Of a DNA stretch of 64,000 nucleotides, positions 9,121 to 18,731 are shown piece after piece. This DNA is from a virus (Duplodnaviria; Caudoviricetes): the IMG/VR virus record IMGVR_UViG_3300046786_000774, positions 6,903-70,902 of that record; one strand, given 5' to 3'. Both the position numbers and the translations under genes were made by a program. Numbering within the stretch: the stretch's first letter is position 1; each line of letters starts with the position of its first letter. Under the pieces are notes generated by a model. It was not told the DNA's origin, made no database searches, and saw only the letters and a list, made by a program, of their open reading frames with translations.

Positions 9121-9434
9121 TTCTCACAGGTGACCAAGTTTTGCATTTCAAGTGCATCCATGCTTATGACTGGCGAATTGCTGTTCGTAGGAACAACCAA
9201 CTCACTTGGTCTCCTGGGGAGTTGGTTGAGCTTAATCTCTGGCGCACAATTGGAACGATCAACGTTTTTCTCGTCCAGAGGTTGACTACGGAAGAAAAGA
9301 CGCTATTCTTCAAAGAAAATGGCGTCTTGCTTCTACCCGCTCTGTTCCGACAGAAAATTTGGAAGGTGATCTACGAGGATCAGATCACCTTTGGGGTAGA
9401 AGCTTTGTTCACGAAGCTGAATGAGGAAACATGA
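9096..9434 (+). CDS. hypothetical protein
   Basis: 112-aa ORF (start may be 9111); PGELVEL motif like the small paralog family. Confidence 0.6.
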   Translation: MGRAGMSLILTGDQVLHFKCIHAYDWRIAVRRNNQLTWSPGELVELNLWRTIGTINVFLVQRLTTEEKTLFFKENGVLLLPALFRQKIWKVIYEDQITFGVEALFTKLNEET

Positions 9435-9814
9435 AGATCGTACCAGCAGAAATCGCAAAACTCCGCTACGTTCCCCAACGAGACAACGAATTCATTTGGC
9501 TTCATGAGCCAGATGACGATACTGTTCAGAGAGCTCTTGTCTTCAGGAAAGCAACGCTCGAAGAGAAGAAGAAGTACGTCGAAGACAACAGGAGCTACCT
9601 GGAGCCCAACCAAGAGTTCGACGAGAAGCAGCTACAAGTCTTCTTGGAGACGGACAACTACATCATCATTTACGGGGAGAATGCCCCGACTCTCTCGTGC
9701 CTGGACTACATTCTTGCGCCAGCGTACAACGACAAGGGTGAACCGCTTGACGTGTACGGGAACGTCATGAAAGATGACGAAACGCCCGAGCTCGACCAAA
9801 ACGTTGCTCGATAA
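9431..9814 (+). CDS. hypothetical protein
   Basis: 127 aa, ATGA-coupled. Confidence 0.7.
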   Translation: MKIVPAEIAKLRYVPQRDNEFIWLHEPDDDTVQRALVFRKATLEEKKKYVEDNRSYLEPNQEFDEKQLQVFLETDNYIIIYGENAPTLSCLDYILAPAYNDKGEPLDVYGNVMKDDETPELDQNVAR

Positions 9815-10709
9815 GCTTGAACTTCTCTTGGAGTTCTACCGGATCAGCTCCCTTGGAGATTGACCTACCCAGGTCAAAGAGAACCAGGGTCCCGTCAGCT
9901 CTTCTTCCATAGTTTCCGCCATGGAAGTCGTAATACTGGATACCAAGGGACTTCAAGCTCTTGAATAGCTGGCGCATGTTGTACCCCTTGGTCAGCCTGT
10001 CGAAGTCCTGGATGGACTTCGTTGAGCCATCCCGAACGTACTGAGCCACACGAGGATCATTCATGCCCTGTCCACCTTGTGCTGGATTAGCGTCCGGGAA
10101 TTGGGTGTAAGCCGACGTGGCAAGATTCCTAATGGTTTGCTGGGCCAACATTTGCATGGCCTTGTTCCAATCGTCTCCAGCTTGGTGGAGCAAGAGAGGG
10201 AATTTGGTATTGACCACGGATTGAGTAAGCTGTTGCTCTTCCTCCTTGGAGAGTGGAGTGAGCTTCTCGATGATCAGTCCATACCAGTTCACGTCTGGAA
10301 ACTTCCAAATGTCATAAACCTGCACGACATTCGGAATGTTCTTCCCAGCCACAATTGCCGAAGCCTTGGCTTCTCGCACATCCTTGGTCACCTTCAAAAC
10401 CTTGTCCCCGAGGTCGTAGGCGACTCCCATTGTTCCAACGCCGAGCTTCTTCAGCTTCGAGGCGTCAATGCCCTTCTTCTTGAGCTTGTCAGAAAAAGCC
10501 CTGAGAACGGTGGCGCTGTCTTGCTCAAGGTTGTTGGTTTCCCAGTTGCCTGCAAGTGGAGTTTGAAGATCAGCCTCGTGTCCCGCAGGCAGCGGTTGTT
10601 TCTTTGGGGGAAGAGGAGGTGGCCCTGCTTCGGCCAGCTCCTCCCTTGCTACCCCTCGGAGGAATTCCTTGAGCGATTGGGCAAATTCATTGTAAAGCCG
10701 GTCTTCCAT
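9765..10709 (-). CDS. protein-kinase-fold enzyme
   Basis: LGVGTMGVAY Gly-loop, VLKVT, IIEKL hinge, YDFHGGNY catalytic loop, LFDLG. Confidence 0.75.
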   Translation of the reverse strand: MEDRLYNEFAQSLKEFLRGVAREELAEAGPPPLPPKKQPLPAGHEADLQTPLAGNWETNNLEQDSATVLRAFSDKLKKKGIDASKLKKLGVGTMGVAYDLGDKVLKVTKDVREAKASAIVAGKNIPNVVQVYDIWKFPDVNWYGLIIEKLTPLSKEEEQQLTQSVVNTKFPLLLHQAGDDWNKAMQMLAQQTIRNLATSAYTQFPDANPAQGGQGMNDPRVAQYVRDGSTKSIQDFDRLTKGYNMRQLFKSLKSLGIQYYDFHGGNYGRRADGTLVLFDLGRSISKGADPVELQEKFKLIEQRFGRARAFRHLS

Positions 10710-10727
10710 GAGGGTAAGTATGAGAAC

Positions 10728-11693
10728 TCAACCTCTGAGAAGCCCCTTACGCCTCAACATTTCCCTGCTTTGTTGCGCAAGCTGCTCCTGGGCGGACATT
10801 GGACGAGTAGGCTGCTGTGGCATCATTGGCCTGTTTACTGGAGCATTTGTCAACAGTTGACGCTGTTGTTGCTGCATTTGTTGTTGCTGCTGTTGCATCT
10901 GCATTTGCTGCATCTGTTGAGGAGTCCATCCCCTACCATCGGTCAGGACCGTGCGGTTGGCTCCAGGTCCGCCACCAATCTCTTGGATTGCCTCTTGCGG
11001 CACCAGGAAGGTGCCAACAAGGGGAGCTGTAACCTTCACAAGAGTGCGAAGTCTCCCAGGTTCCATCTTCGACAGGTCGATCGTCTGGAGGCCATCAACA
11101 ACGTAAGCTGTCACGGTCTCATTGATCTCGAACTGCCTACCTTGGATGCCACGGAGTTGTCCACCCGACTTAGCAAGCGGCTGTGTCGTTCCAAAGCCTT
11201 GAATTTGCAAAGGTTGGAAGTAGGTATGGCCTTCAGAAAGGGTGCAGACTCTTGGGGCTGGGGTGTTGAATCCCCTTCCTGTTCCTGTAGCCATCCCATG
11301 CCCTGGCATTGGGCCGTGAGTAGGGCCACCGGGCATGGCAGCATTAGCAGCCATCCTGGACTGGAGAGCGGCTCCAATGTCGACTTCCTCATTTGGTCCT
11401 CTCATGGCAGTCGGAACAGAACCCATGAGCTTCCCTTGGGCCGCCAAGTATTTGTCGTCCCAAACGTTGACTCCGCCGACAACCTGTGGAATGCCACCAA
11501 TCTTGTTCTCCCTGAGAGCAACCTTCTGGCTTCTAGGGATAGCATAGGCATTCATCGACTTCTCAATTCTCTTGCCGTGTGTACGGTTGTGGAAATGTTG
11601 GTCGAGATTCACCCTTGCTTCTTGGTTTCTTTTCCAATAGTCCGGCTGTTCGTCTGGTACAGCCCCAAATCTGATATTCTCTGAGTTCGCCAT
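10728..11693 (-). CDS. hypothetical protein with Gln/Pro-rich C-terminus
   Basis: 321-aa ORF; TATTTA-N5-ATG upstream. Confidence 0.75.
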   Translation of the reverse strand: MANSENIRFGAVPDEQPDYWKRNQEARVNLDQHFHNRTHGKRIEKSMNAYAIPRSQKVALRENKIGGIPQVVGGVNVWDDKYLAAQGKLMGSVPTAMRGPNEEVDIGAALQSRMAANAAMPGGPTHGPMPGHGMATGTGRGFNTPAPRVCTLSEGHTYFQPLQIQGFGTTQPLAKSGGQLRGIQGRQFEINETVTAYVVDGLQTIDLSKMEPGRLRTLVKVTAPLVGTFLVPQEAIQEIGGGPGANRTVLTDGRGWTPQQMQQMQMQQQQQQMQQQQRQLLTNAPVNRPMMPQQPTRPMSAQEQLAQQSREMLRRKGLLRG

Positions 11694-11755
11694 ACCAGTA
11701 AATATCTCATTAAGGAGGAGATTGTGTATCTCCCCCTCTGTTCCCCACCGAACTA

Positions 11756-11950
11756 TCAGTTGTTGGGATCGCAGTCGCAGCCGTAGCGCCTACAAGACTT
11801 CTTCCGGCAAACTTGAATCTTTGCCTCCTTGACCATCTCTCGCACCGCTTTCTTGTCGCTATAACAAAGCGGACAAAGACAGTTGGGAGGGCATGGAGGG
11901 TCCATCAAATCATTGATTTGGACGGAGGTCATCCTGAAGGGATTCTTCAT
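11756..11950 (-). CDS. small Cys-rich protein
   Basis: CPPNCLCPLC, CRKKSC motifs; GAGGAG SD. Confidence 0.55.
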   Translation of the reverse strand: MKNPFRMTSVQINDLMDPPCPPNCLCPLCYSDKKAVREMVKEAKIQVCRKKSCRRYGCDCDPNN

Positions 11951-11952
11951 GG

Positions 11953-12240
11953 TCAGTTCTCCTCTGCCATTGAAGCCATGATTTGCCGGTGTTCTTCATC
12001 GTAGAACTCCTTGACAGCCCAACCAAGAAGGGTGCAAACCTCTTCTTCTTCGCGCTTCATGGCGTCGACAAGGGGCTTGTTGTTGATGAAGTCAACAACG
12101 TCCATCCCCAGTGCCTCAGCAGCCTTACGGTGCTTCCGGTGAACAGAGAAGATGGCATCACTGACGGTGTCGAAGTCGGCCTTGGTTCGCATCGTGTCGT
12201 TCATGCCTTCAAGACGTTCGACTCGAACCCGTACTGACAT
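11953..12240 (-). CDS. hypothetical protein
   Basis: start reassigned to ATG 12240. Confidence 0.6.
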   Translation of the reverse strand: MSVRVRVERLEGMNDTMRTKADFDTVSDAIFSVHRKHRKAAEALGMDVVDFINNKPLVDAMKREEEEVCTLLGWAVKEFYDEEHRQIMASMAEEN

Positions 12241-12244
12241 AGAA

Positions 12245-12802
12245 TCAGAGCCCCGCTGCTTTTCGTACGATGGCTTGTGCCTTGCCCACAAACTCGGTCA
12301 CGAGCGAGAGAATCTCCATCAGGAGAGCATCTCGATCGCTCTGATCCAGGTACTTTGGTGCCTCGTGCAGCACGACGGGCTTGAATGGACGAGGTTCCCC
12401 AACCGGCAAGTCACCTGGGCTTGGGTAGGACTTCCCGTTCACAACGATTGGGGGACGAACGGGTGCAGCTTCCTCTCGTCGAAGTCTTGGGTGGATGCGC
12501 TCCGCAAACGACTCGGTTCTCTCGGCTGGCGCAGGAGCCGGAATTCGACGAGTCTCCGAACGATTGTCGGCCACAGGCGGCACCGGTTCATCTCTGGTGT
12601 CAACAAGAAGAACTCGGCGGTCCCAGGGAATGGTGAAGAATCCTCGGGTGGTCCCAATGGACACCGTTCGTTCGCCCTTGGCCTTGCTGCACGACTGGAT
12701 GACACACTGCCCGACCAGTTCGGGAACAGTGTTTCGTGCCTTCTTGAACACCACGGTATCGCCCACTTGAATGGCGCTTGCTCGAATTTCCTTTGTCTTC
12801 AT
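12245..12802 (-). CDS. hypothetical protein
   Basis: 185 aa, AAAGGAA SD. Confidence 0.7.
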   Translation of the reverse strand: MKTKEIRASAIQVGDTVVFKKARNTVPELVGQCVIQSCSKAKGERTVSIGTTRGFFTIPWDRRVLLVDTRDEPVPPVADNRSETRRIPAPAPAERTESFAERIHPRLRREEAAPVRPPIVVNGKSYPSPGDLPVGEPRPFKPVVLHEAPKYLDQSDRDALLMEILSLVTEFVGKAQAIVRKAAGL

Positions 12803-12819
12803 GTTTCCTTTTCTCTTTC

Positions 12820-13452
12820 TCAGAACTCAACGGGCCAGTTGTTTTTCTCGTACTCAACCAACATCAGTTGGCGAGCAAGATCAAGACGGTCATTTGTGCC
12901 GCACTCAGGGGATCGAAGGATTGGATAGAGCACCTCCATCGTTTCCTTGATCTGCTTGTGTCGAAAGACTTCCTCGCACCCACCAAGGGTGCGGAGGTTG
13001 CTGATTCGGTCACAGGTCTTCACCACAAGAGTATCCACGTCTGCATGGTTGCGCAAGCGCTCGTAGTACCCTTCTTTCGGATTCTTGGTGAGCATGGTCA
13101 CCATCCTTGCAACCTTGGGGCCAAAGATGTGCTCCAGCATTGCAGCGTTGATGTCCATGGTGTCCTCGATGGAATCGTGCATCAGGCACGCCACGATCAT
13201 GTCTGGATCGTGAATGTTCAGCTCGTCGATCAGGATGAGAGCTGTGGCTCGGAGATGCTCGAAGTAACGAATCGGATGACCCTCAGCATCGAGCTCCTTG
13301 CGCTCCTGCCACCTGTGCGCGTGCTTGGCAAGAGCATAGGCAATCTCCACCTTCATGAGCTCGGAGGGAGCAAGAAGGGGCCGAAGACGACCGAAGAAGG
13401 CTTCTCGGTTCTCGGGGAATGGGCGGTTGCTGTCTCGGAGTGGATTTGGCAT
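12820..13452 (-). CDS. HD-domain (p)ppGpp hydrolase-like protein (stand-alone SpoT/Mesh1 type)
   Basis: AKHAHRWQERK, YFEH, ACLMHDSIEDT, FGPKVARMVTMLTK, VKTCDRISNLR. Confidence 0.85.
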   Translation of the reverse strand: MPNPLRDSNRPFPENREAFFGRLRPLLAPSELMKVEIAYALAKHAHRWQERKELDAEGHPIRYFEHLRATALILIDELNIHDPDMIVACLMHDSIEDTMDINAAMLEHIFGPKVARMVTMLTKNPKEGYYERLRNHADVDTLVVKTCDRISNLRTLGGCEEVFRHKQIKETMEVLYPILRSPECGTNDRLDLARQLMLVEYEKNNWPVEF

Positions 13453-13482
13453 ATACCCCCATTAACCACGCCAAAACCAAAG

Positions 13483-13770
13483 TCAACCCTCTTCTTTGAT
13501 GTAGTCCTCGTAGATGTGGATGGCGTTTACGGGCCACCAAAAGTTGATCAGATACATCGTTTCATCCCACAAGCCAACAACGCAGAGGACTTTTTCCCCT
13601 GGCTTTGCGAGAATCAGCAAGAATGGGCCGGAAATCACATCTGACATATCCATTTGGGACGAGAACACTCCGTTTTTGTGCTCACAGCGAAAGGCAAGCA
13701 TCTCCCTGTCAAGGTAACATAGAGTTCCCGGCTGGAAGCGCTTTAGTTTCTCGTCCAGGTGATCTTTCAT
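13483..13770 (-). CDS. hypothetical protein (small paralog family)
   Basis: FQPGTLCYL...LCVVGLWDETMYL; ATGA-coupled. Confidence 0.6.
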   Translation of the reverse strand: MKDHLDEKLKRFQPGTLCYLDREMLAFRCEHKNGVFSSQMDMSDVISGPFLLILAKPGEKVLCVVGLWDETMYLINFWWPVNAIHIYEDYIKEEG

Positions 13771-14084
13771 CCGGGAGCTGGCTCCTCTTCTTTGCAAGGG
13801 GTGAAATAGCTTTGCACGCTCCCTATTCCCACGAACGCAGGGAGTTGGAAAATCTCCTCGCCGCACATGAACACCACAGCAAGTCGGCAAAGGTCTTCCG
13901 TTTCGGTCATCGTGGTAACGGGAGATACCTCGACGGAAATCACATAAATCGGACTAGCGACAGGAAGGCTAGTGGATTCAAGGAGCTCCCCTGGCAAGTA
14001 TCGGTAAGCTCGCTGGACTGTTGTGTGATAGAGCCTACCTGGGATCAGGTAATCCTTGACGAACAATTCCACTACGCTAGCCAT
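13767..14084 (-). CDS. hypothetical protein (small paralog family)
   Basis: LIPGRLYHT...PIYVISV...AVVFMCGEEIFQL. Confidence 0.6.
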   Translation of the reverse strand: MASVVELFVKDYLIPGRLYHTTVQRAYRYLPGELLESTSLPVASPIYVISVEVSPVTTMTETEDLCRLAVVFMCGEEIFQLPAFVGIGSVQSYFTPCKEEEPAPG

Positions 14085-14224
14085 TGGTACAAAGCCCCAA
14101 GCTCGATCAAGCAAAGAATGGAGAAGAGGAAGACCGCAAATCCAACGGTCAGCTTGTAGATGACCAAAGCTGCTGTCTGAATGAACTCTTCCATGCTAAC
14201 ACCCTACGCCTTCTTCGGTTGAAG

Positions 14225-14461
14225 TCAATCGTCTACGTCTTGGAATTCAGAAACCCCGAGCCAGAACAAGAGTCCCACCCCGTAATCCTCAACGCTCCAA
14301 TGGTTCGAAGCGAGAGTGGCAAGAAGAACAGCCTTCTTCTCTTCCAGAGAAGCTCCACTCTCCTGCATCTCCTCCAGGATCAAGGAAATTTTGTCCTGGA
14401 GTTCAAAGAACACAGGTCGGGGTGTTTCCTCTCCGTCCTTGAGATCAAGAGTAAAGCTCAT
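14225..14461 (-). CDS. hypothetical protein
   Basis: start reassigned to ATG 14461. Confidence 0.55.
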   Translation of the reverse strand: MSFTLDLKDGEETPRPVFFELQDKISLILEEMQESGASLEEKKAVLLATLASNHWSVEDYGVGLLFWLGVSEFQDVDD

Positions 14462-14639
14462 TGAGCTCCTCCTCTCGATCGTCACGCTCATCCTCGTACT
14501 GAGCCATGAGCTCAGCCTGTTCGTTGGTGGCACCTCCACGAGGTTCAGCCTTGTGATCGAACTTCGCACTCTGGAAGAACATCAGGCTGTAGGCGTGGAC
14601 GTTGCGGTTGTTGCGAGGGGACTTGCCGTTCTTTTTCAT
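14445..14639 (-). CDS. hypothetical protein
   Basis: 64 aa, basic N-terminus and acidic C-terminus. Confidence 0.6.
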   Translation of the reverse strand: MKKNGKSPRNNRNVHAYSLMFFQSAKFDHKAEPRGGATNEQAELMAQYEDERDDREEELNELYS

Positions 14640-14692
14640 GTCAGAGAAGGTAGGCCCGCATATCCCAAAAGCAAGGGCCCCCTTTCATTTTT

Positions 14693-14968
14693 TCATTTTG
14701 CGTGCTTGGCAATCAACTTGCGAAGCTTGTGGCAGGCTGCTGCGTAGACGTGCCTGTTAGCACTTCCTACCGAGTAGCAGTCTCGCAGGGACTCCATTCC
14801 AGAGAGGAGAGCTTGGAGAACACGGATGTGCTCAGGTGATCCAAATTCCAACTCCTTGGAACCAAAACGAAACTTGACGCCTTCCTTGACAGCTTCCGAG
14901 AGGAAAGCAGCCTTCACCTCAGCCTCAATCGCTTCAGAGAGCGTTTCTTTCGTGATCTTCTGTGTCAT
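14693..14968 (-). CDS. hypothetical protein, possibly virion-associated
   Basis: start ATG 14968 (MTQKITKETLSEAIEAE); GAGG SD. Confidence 0.65.
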   Translation of the reverse strand: MTQKITKETLSEAIEAEVKAAFLSEAVKEGVKFRFGSKELEFGSPEHIRVLQALLSGMESLRDCYSVGSANRHVYAAACHKLRKLIAKHAK

Positions 14969-14981
14969 GGCCTCTTTCCTT

Positions 14982-15500
14982 TCACATGCCCGGAACGCCC
15001 GCTGCTGGAGCTGCTGGAGCCGCTCCTGGGGCTGCTGCTGGAGGTGCAACAGGAGGTTGAGCTCCACCACCGCCGCCAGCGACTTGTTGGGTTGTGTCAA
15101 CCTGAATGACGATCTTGTTCACATCCTGAAGGAACCTGTCGATCACGGCTTTGTCCGTTTCATTCAGACCCTTGAAGTAGGAGGTAAGCTGGCCGTAGAC
15201 CTCGGGATCAGCAAAGGAACGCCCACCACGGATGATGTTCATTCTCTCGATCATCGAGTCCACGTCAAATGGCTTTGGCTGTCCATCCTGCCCAGGTTGA
15301 GCCCCTGGGACTGGTGGGGCTGGTGGCATTGCAGCAGAGGTATTTGTTGCCTGAGCTGGTGGAACAGGGGATGGTGGAACAGCGGAAGCACCTGGAGTTG
15401 GTGGGACGGGGGCTTGCTCCTTGAGCATCCTCTGTGCTTCAAGGAGGTAAGCGGCGAGCAGTCGCTTCCTTGCTTCTTTTTCAAGTTTCAACTGATTCAT
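14982..15500 (-). CDS. hypothetical Pro/Ala-rich protein, possibly virion-associated
   Basis: 172-aa ORF, LxE-rich N-terminus. Confidence 0.7.
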   Translation of the reverse strand: MNQLKLEKEARKRLLAAYLLEAQRMLKEQAPVPPTPGASAVPPSPVPPAQATNTSAAMPPAPPVPGAQPGQDGQPKPFDVDSMIERMNIIRGGRSFADPEVYGQLTSYFKGLNETDKAVIDRFLQDVNKIVIQVDTTQQVAGGGGGAQPPVAPPAAAPGAAPAAPAAGVPGM

Positions 15501-15512
15501 GGTTTACCCCTA

Positions 15513-15710
15513 TTAGTAGCGTCTTGGACCCATCCAAAAGCGATCAACAGCGTGGTTGCTGTAGCGCTCACGGTATTCTTGGTTTGGAGTCTTCTCTCCC
15601 TCACCCGAGACAACAACAGCCTTCTTGGCTTGCTCGTGCTTCAGGGTGGACTCAAGGAACTTGGAGAAGTCCAGTGGTGCATCAAATGGGTCGTTATTGT
15701 CCTGGCTCAT
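15513..15710 (-). CDS. hypothetical protein
   Basis: 65 aa. Confidence 0.55.
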   Translation of the reverse strand: MSQDNNDPFDAPLDFSKFLESTLKHEQAKKAVVVSGEGEKTPNQEYRERYSNHAVDRFWMGPRRY

Positions 15711-15724
15711 GGCGTACCTTTGTC

Positions 15725-16180
15725 CTAAATAGGAGACTTGAAGGACAACCCGACAACAGCGCTCTTTCCAATGACTTCTCGGATGGAGAAGTTCTGAAGC
15801 TGGTACCCCTTAGCAGATTTCCACTCCATTCCTTCTTTGTTGGGGGACGTAAAGATAACCTTTTCCAGGCTCATGGGCTTGGTTAGGGTCATTGAGCATC
15901 CTTCGAGGGCTACCGATAGTAGCGCTTGAATCAAGAGCCCAAGGGAATCAAGTCCTGCTTCTGCTCCCTTCAGGAATCCGATGATCTTCATTTCATCTTG
16001 GTTGTGCCGAAGGTGAAGTTCCACGGTTGTTTCGGATATTTGGACTCCACGGGATGGTGCTTCTGGCGGAGCAACCATTGATTCAGCATCGAACTCCACG
16101 TCGCTTTCACTGGCAATAAGCTTGGCTCCCCCCAATCCAGTAACATCACCGAACTTCATTCGCTGCTTGGTAGAAGTCAT
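15725..16180 (-). CDS. hypothetical protein
   Basis: 151 aa, GAGGA SD. Confidence 0.6.
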   Translation of the reverse strand: MTSTKQRMKFGDVTGLGGAKLIASESDVEFDAESMVAPPEAPSRGVQISETTVELHLRHNQDEMKIIGFLKGAEAGLDSLGLLIQALLSVALEGCSMTLTKPMSLEKVIFTSPNKEGMEWKSAKGYQLQNFSIREVIGKSAVVGLSFKSPI

Positions 16181-16451
16181 TGATTTCCTCTGCCAGCGAG
16201 TTTGCGGCAGAGGTATTCAATTTGACAAAACCAATGGTCACATCAACAAGCCTACCCGATTCCGATACACATAGGCTCAAGGCACGATCGTGCTCACACA
16301 AGAGCAACTCCAGGGAGAACTCTTGAGCTCCAAGCTCCGACGAGAATTCGAATGCCTTCGCCATTTTACCTTCCGGGGTGGTGTTCCATCCAGAAGGTCT
16401 GATACTAGCAGGGTATGGGTCCGCTTTTTCTTTCAGTCTGAGTTGAATCAA
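16146..16451 (-). CDS. pterin-4a-carbinolamine dehydratase-like fold protein (HHP motif absent)
   Basis: GW..tpeGkMaKaFeF..e..a.eF pattern and size resemble PCD; catalytic His residues not seen. Confidence 0.4.
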   Translation of the reverse strand: MIQLRLKEKADPYPASIRPSGWNTTPEGKMAKAFEFSSELGAQEFSLELLLCEHDRALSLCVSESGRLVDVTIGFVKLNTSAANSLAEEINDFYQAANEVR

Positions 16452-16462
16452 AGCAACCGTAA

Positions 16463-17272
16463 CTAGCTCGTCTCGTCCTCATCTTCAGATGACCGAGCAG
16501 CAAGCCTCATGTCGGCGAAGATGAAGTAGGACACAGCGTTCTGATACGACCTGAACAGGTTGTCATCCTCTTCAATGTCGCAGAGAAGAAAGGGCACAAT
16601 CTCCTCTTGCTTCAGGTGCGCCAGCTCGCAGAGGGTTTGATACTCAGCTTCCGTGACCAGCTCAAATTCTGTTTTCGTGAGAATTCCTCGACTATTGAGC
16701 TTAGCCAGAAACCTCATAACCCTTCCGGCATGCTCCCAAAGGTTCTTGGCGAACCAAATCGCTGTTTCTTGCCTCACTCGGTCGATCTTCTCATTCAAGA
16801 GCAAATCGGCTTCTGGACTCATGTCCTCTGGACTAACTCCATCCAGAAGCCAAGAAATCTTGCTCAATCCCTTGGAGGCAATCTTTGCGATCATCGCCCT
16901 GGTGATCCCACCAAAGTCACTCCTCATTGAGTTGATTTTGATGTCCCACTTTTCATAGGTCGGCACCTCCTTCTCTCGATTGAGGTAAGACTCAACTGTC
17001 TGTGCAACAGGGCGATTTCTCTTGGAATTCAACCCTTCCAAGGAAACCTTGTCCCTCCAAAGCTCCACCAGGAAAATTGGGGAGATTGGAGAGGTTGGTT
17101 TGGTGAACTCCTCAAGCACGTTGTCCACGGTAACTCCCGGTCTGTACCATGGCTTACCAACCTGCTTCTCTGAGAAGTATTGCCTCAGCGCGTAGGCTGC
17201 GAGCTGGTCTCGCTCCTTATCGGTCAAAGGCAAACGATTCGTGATGGACGGGTAAATGACGGATTCTTCCAT
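16463..17272 (-). CDS. hypothetical protein with possible sigma-region-4-like HTH
   Basis: GITRAMIAKIASKGLSKI resembles the GxTRERVRQIExKALxKL pattern. Confidence 0.45.
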   Translation of the reverse strand: MEESVIYPSITNRLPLTDKERDQLAAYALRQYFSEKQVGKPWYRPGVTVDNVLEEFTKPTSPISPIFLVELWRDKVSLEGLNSKRNRPVAQTVESYLNREKEVPTYEKWDIKINSMRSDFGGITRAMIAKIASKGLSKISWLLDGVSPEDMSPEADLLLNEKIDRVRQETAIWFAKNLWEHAGRVMRFLAKLNSRGILTKTEFELVTEAEYQTLCELAHLKQEEIVPFLLCDIEEDDNLFRSYQNAVSYFIFADMRLAARSSEDEDETS

Positions 17273-17304
17273 TGAACTCCTTCACACCCGTAACCGGGTG
17301 GTGA

Positions 17305-17613
17305 CTAGGCGCTTGGCGGATTGGAAGTTGAGGCTGGATCTTCAACTTCTACCGACGACTTCGCCTGTACTGTAGAGCCTGTTTGTGGCAAGTCAAGGGT
17401 GCCTCCCTTGCCATCCGTCCAACGACGGCCAAAGTACAGTGCCAAGAGCGGAAGGAGATAGCCCATTGCCTGAGCGGAGTCAAATTGGCGGATTTCAAGA
17501 TTCCCAATCTTGGCAACGATGGAGACCACCAGCCAAAGGGTGACAACGATGAAACCGATGAAAGAGAAAGTCAAGCTGGCCGATGGTTGGCCTGCGGTGT
17601 TTTTGAGCCACAT
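17305..17613 (-). CDS. putative holin-like 2-TM protein
   Basis: two TM helices with basic YFGRRW tail; follows spanin-like genes. Confidence 0.45.
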   Translation of the reverse strand: MWLKNTAGQPSASLTFSFIGFIVVTLWLVVSIVAKIGNLEIRQFDSAQAMGYLLPLLALYFGRRWTDGKGGTLDLPQTGSTVQAKSSVEVEDPASTSNPPSA

Positions 17614-17650
17614 AGATTTTGTCCTCTACGGTAAGTAGAGGGACAAAAGC

Positions 17651-18277
17651 TTATGGACGGGGGGTTGTTGCAAGAACAACTCCACCGACAATCAAAGCCC
17701 CCAACACCAATCCACCACCTGCCCAAGCCAACCCTTCAAGGACGTGAGGGCCAGAAGCTTCCCTTTGTTGGACTTCCAACAGACGATTCAACCTGGAAAC
17801 GTCGGAATCCAAGCTGTTGATGATCACCTGATCCGTACGACGCTGGGTGTCAGCAACCAGCCTCAGTGTGGCCGTGTCTGCAATGTACCTTGCCTCAACC
17901 AAGGAAACTGCTCTGTTCTGCTCGATCAAGCAACGTTCCTGTTGACCTCTAAACTCAACAGCCACCCTTGCAACGGCTGGACCATTCAACAAGACGCCAT
18001 TGTAAGGCGCTCTGGAGCCCGTGGTCATTGGTGTGATCAATTCCCCATTGGCTCCCGTCCCTCCCAGGATAGGAGCTTGAGCTTCCGGCAATGAGGCATC
18101 CTGAGACTGTCTATCGGGCAAGCCGAGGAGCACAACATCAGGGCTTGGTAGGACAACTCCAGAATCCTGAGATGGTACCACCAAGGTTGAAGTTGTTCGA
18201 GTTGGGGTTGCAGAGCATGCAATGTGGAAGAAAGCCACAAAGAGCATGGCCAATGTCGAGAGAGTGTTCTTCTTCAT
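17651..18277 (-). CDS. putative spanin-like lipoprotein with C-terminal TM
   Basis: N-terminal signal ending IAC, coiled coil, C-terminal hydrophobic helix. Confidence 0.45.
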   Translation of the reverse strand: MKKNTLSTLAMLFVAFFHIACSATPTRTTSTLVVPSQDSGVVLPSPDVVLLGLPDRQSQDASLPEAQAPILGGTGANGELITPMTTGSRAPYNGVLLNGPAVARVAVEFRGQQERCLIEQNRAVSLVEARYIADTATLRLVADTQRRTDQVIINSLDSDVSRLNRLLEVQQREASGPHVLEGLAWAGGGLVLGALIVGGVVLATTPRP

Positions 18278-18292
18278 CCCTCGATGAATAAC

Positions 18293-18724
18293 TCACCCTG
18301 GGGGGAGTGTATACACCGGAAGTCCGAAAAGAGAGTTGATCTCCTGAGCCATGGCCCCTGGGTCATCATGGGTACGCTCAATGATCTGGCGCAACTCTTG
18401 CTCCTTGGCACGAGAGAGATTCTGGAGTTGGTCTCGGTAGTTTTGCTCGATCGAAGCAACCACTTCCCGATACTTCCTATCAATCTCCTGCTGCTTGGCA
18501 ATCTGCTCCTGTTGGATCTTCCTGAGCTCCTCAAGCTCCCGTCTGTTCTGAGCCTGCTGCTCACGGTACATCTTCCAGAGGTTCTCGTACGCATTGTCGC
18601 GTTTCTTTACAGCAATCAAGCCGTAAATCACTGCAACGCCCACAAGAATCAACATGAAGTTACCCTTGAGCCATGTGAAGGCGATCTTCAGGGCGTTTCC
18701 GACTTTTGTCAACCAGAGTGGCAT
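18293..18724 (-). CDS. putative i-spanin (Rz)-like protein
   Basis: single N-terminal TM followed by long coiled coil; start ATG 18724 with GAGG SD. Confidence 0.5.
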   Translation of the reverse strand: MPLWLTKVGNALKIAFTWLKGNFMLILVGVAVIYGLIAVKKRDNAYENLWKMYREQQAQNRRELEELRKIQQEQIAKQQEIDRKYREVVASIEQNYRDQLQNLSRAKEQELRQIIERTHDDPGAMAQEINSLFGLPVYTLPPG

Positions 18725-18731
18725 CTTGACC

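Noticed and set aside
10840-10920. CAG/CAA-rich repeat
   Set aside because: Simply encodes the poly-Gln tract of the 10728-11693 protein.
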